Shown piece by piece: positions 16,345-18,410 of a stretch of DNA of 18,410 nucleotides. Source of the DNA: an archaeon (GTDB lineage: Archaea > Nanobdellota > Nanobdellia > Pacearchaeales > GW2011-AR1); contig JBDRNU010000024.1 in NCBI GenBank assembly GCA_043810775.1, positions 1 through 18,410 on the forward strand. The letters are read 5' to 3'. The first letter of the stretch is position 1. Every line of letters begins with the position of its first letter. The notes beneath the pieces were generated by a model, which saw only the letters and a program-made list of their open reading frames with translations, did not search any database and was not told the origin of the DNA. A program made the position numbers and the translations under genes.

Positions 16345-16794
16345 TTACTTGCTCCAAGCAGCAATTCCCCAGAAAATCAAATTAAGTGGAGTTATCAAGC
16401 AAAGTATAGCCCACCATCCTGGTTTCTTTATCTTCTCAAAGGTTTTCCAAGTCCAGATAGTAAAGAACACTGTAAATGCAATTCCAAATAACAAACCAAC
16501 AACTGGTATTATAGCTCCTATTAAAAGAAGTATAGGCCACCAGTGCATTTCAGCTGAACTGCTTAAGATTATAGCAGGGCCCACAATAGGAATCCACGCA
16601 ATCGCTGGAGACTTGTATTTTGCTTTTCTCGCAATTCCTGCAAAAGCTAAAGACATATAGACATACACAGCAATCAATAGAACAAGTAAAAGTAAGAATA
16701 CTAGTATTCCTAAAGCAATAAGAGCTCCCAAAGTACCTGAACTAAGTTCTTCAGTGCCGTACAATGCAGCATCTTGTAAAGCTAACAAATCCAT
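16345..16794 (-). CDS. Membrane protein (DUF5684-like)
   Basis: IARKA.....IAWIPI, F.K..KPGWWAIL; multiple TMs; SD AGGAGGGT at 16805-16798. Confidence 0.75.
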   Translation of the reverse strand: MDLLALQDAALYGTEELSSGTLGALIALGILVFLLLLVLLIAVYVYMSLAFAGIARKAKYKSPAIAWIPIVGPAIILSSSAEMHWWPILLLIGAIIPVVGLLFGIAFTVFFTIWTWKTFEKIKKPGWWAILCLITPLNLIFWGIAAWSK

Positions 16795-16860
16795 ATTACC
16801 CTCCTTTTTTAATTACAGAACAAAATGATTTTTAATATATAAACCTTATGTAATTATAAG

Positions 16861-18069
16861 ATGATTTTAGAAATAACCTTAGCAATTATCCTTGGAATTT
16901 TAGCAGGCACCTTTACAGGCTTAATCCCAGGTATACATATTAATCTAGTAGCCATCTCCTTGCTTGCAATATCTCCATTTCTTCTAATTTATTTTCCTCT
17001 AAACTCATTAATAGTGTTTATTGTAGCCATGGCAATAACCCATACATTTCTGGATTTCATCCCCTCAATATTTTTAGGCGCCCCAGATGAAGACACTGGA
17101 CTCTCAGTCTTACCGGGTCACAAACTGCTAAATAAAGGTCAGGGATATGAAGCAGTCATCTATACACTATATGGTGGCTTGCTTGCAATTCCAATTATCC
17201 TCATTTTTACACCGCTATTTATTTTTATCCTTCCAAGAATTTCAGCCTATCTAACAACCGGAATGTTCTTCTTATTGATATTTGCTTCAATCTATCTTCT
17301 CACTAGAGAAGGGAAAAACATAATATGGGCTTTAATAGTATTTATACTGGCAGGTTTTTTGGGAATATCAACTCTAAATCTTAATATTAATAATCCTCTT
17401 CTCCCGCTTTTAACAGGATTATTCGGCTCATCCTCACTAATCACAAGTATAAGAAAAAAATCAAAAGTTCCAAGACAAAAAATCTTAGCTATAAAAAAAA
17501 TAAAGCTGACTAAACTTGAATTATTTCGAATTTCAATTGCAAGCATATTATCAGCGCCAGTTTGCAGCTTTCTTCCTTCTCTCGGCTCAAGTCAGGCAGC
17601 TGTAATAGGTTCTGATATTTTAGGAGAAACAAATAAAAAAGAATTTTTGTCACTTCTTGGAGCTATAAATACAATAGTTATGGGGCTCTCATTTGTAACC
17701 CTGTTTGTAATTTCCAGGACACGAACAGGAGCTGCACTCACTATTGCCCAGCTTACTGAACTTACTTTAAACCAATTATATCTTATATTAATTACAATTA
17801 TAATCTCAGCACTAGCCTCTTTTTTTCTTGCTATCTATCTTTCAAAAATCTTCGCCAAGAAAATAATCTTATTTAATTACAAAAAGCTCTCAATTTTTAT
17901 TCTTATTCTGCTTGCTCTAATGAGCCTAATATTTTCAGGAATTTTGGGATTGCTGGTTTTTATAGTTGCATCAAGCACTGGCTTAATAGCCATACTAACT
18001 AACATAAGAAGAACTCAACTAATGGGAGCTTTAATGCTTCCTACAATTCTTCTCTATCTGCCACTATAA
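16861..18069 (+). CDS. Tripartite tricarboxylate transporter TctA / DUF112-family permease, archaeal type
   Basis: GTFTGLIPGIHIN, HTFLDFIPSIFLGAPD, SVLPGH.L...G.G.EA, LLTGLFG, RTG, RR..LMG.L..P. Confidence 0.88.
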   Translation: MILEITLAIILGILAGTFTGLIPGIHINLVAISLLAISPFLLIYFPLNSLIVFIVAMAITHTFLDFIPSIFLGAPDEDTGLSVLPGHKLLNKGQGYEAVIYTLYGGLLAIPIILIFTPLFIFILPRISAYLTTGMFFLLIFASIYLLTREGKNIIWALIVFILAGFLGISTLNLNINNPLLPLLTGLFGSSSLITSIRKKSKVPRQKILAIKKIKLTKLELFRISIASILSAPVCSFLPSLGSSQAAVIGSDILGETNKKEFLSLLGAINTIVMGLSFVTLFVISRTRTGAALTIAQLTELTLNQLYLILITIIISALASFFLAIYLSKIFAKKIILFNYKKLSIFILILLALMSLIFSGILGLLVFIVASSTGLIAILTNIRRTQLMGALMLPTILLYLPL

Positions 18070-18112
18070 GTAAATTATAAAGATTTTTATACTTGCTCCT
18101 AGAAATAAAAAT

Positions 18113-18410
18113 ATGGGTAAAGTTCGCGATTACAATCCAAATTATGGAGATTGGAGATTCTGGTTAATAGAAACAGCTCTCCTGCCTCTCTTAAATAGAA
18201 TTAATGTGGAAGTGGAAAGTGAAGGCATAGATAATATAGAAAAACTAATCAAATCCTATGACTATAATCAAGGAGTATTTCTAACTCCAAATCATGTAAG
18301 CTGGGCAGACCATATTCTGATAATGAAAGATGTTAACGGACAAGTCCAAGAGAATAGGGTGTCTTCACATAAGTTCTTTGCTCCAAATGGGCAAATCATG
18401 GCTGCAGCTG
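18113..18410 (+). CDS. Partial PlsC-type (lysophospholipid) glycerolipid acyltransferase; runs off the right edge
   Basis: Not in the ORF track. Manual translation MGKVRDYNPNYGDWRFWLIETALLPLLNRINVEVESEGIDNIEKLIKSYDYNQGVFLTPNHVSWADHILI... contains the V.SEGIDNI and NHxSxxD (HX4D) block I motifs. Confidence 0.75.
   Translation, partial: MGKVRDYNPNYGDWRFWLIETALLPLLNRINVEVESEGIDNIEKLIKSYDYNQGVFLTPNHVSWADHILIMKDVNGQVQENRVSSHKFFAPNGQIMAAA

Noticed and set aside
1896-17546. Other overlapping ORFs in the track (1896, 3678, 4409, 4428, 5365, 6545, 6976, 8218, 9397, 9786, 13478, 15528, 16349, 17292)
   Set aside because: All lie within or opposite well-supported genes and show no recognisable motifs.
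1-18410. CRISPR arrays, tRNA/rRNA genes, transposases/integrases, stop-codon recoding
   Set aside because: Intergenic gaps are short (about 120 bp or less) and AT-rich with no periodic repeats or cloverleaf; no mobile-element motifs; all three stop codons end full-length conserved genes.

Overview
AT-rich, densely coding archaeal chromosome segment, most consistent with a DPANN lineage (Pacearchaeota/Woesearchaeota-like). The lineage call is inferred from the archaeal TyrRS, Dph6, TrmB, short XPF, archaeal Cmk, DRG GTPase and TATA boxes about 22-25 nt before ATGs. Most of the window is housekeeping or membrane genes: pyrB-pyrI, 2H phosphodiesterase, half-size MFS, NUDIX, ureohydrolase, M16 peptidase, GNAT, dph6, tyrS and a TctA-like permease. 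The most unusual part is the left end, a tightly coupled minus-strand operon transcribed divergently from a TrmB regulator. It encodes a SLOG/LOG-fold protein, a nicotinate phosphoribosyltransferase homologue whose nicotinate-binding motifs are systematically replaced, and at least three orphan ORFs. The intergenic region holds a palindrome, and a 19/23 copy of the adjacent 23-mer recurs at about 9.7 kb. Other points: a PlsC-type acyltransferase missed by the ORF track at the right edge, a divergent RNase H-fold protein, a probable frameshifted membrane-anchored gene, and two genes sharing a promoter/start cassette. No CRISPR array, tRNA, rRNA or transposase was seen.
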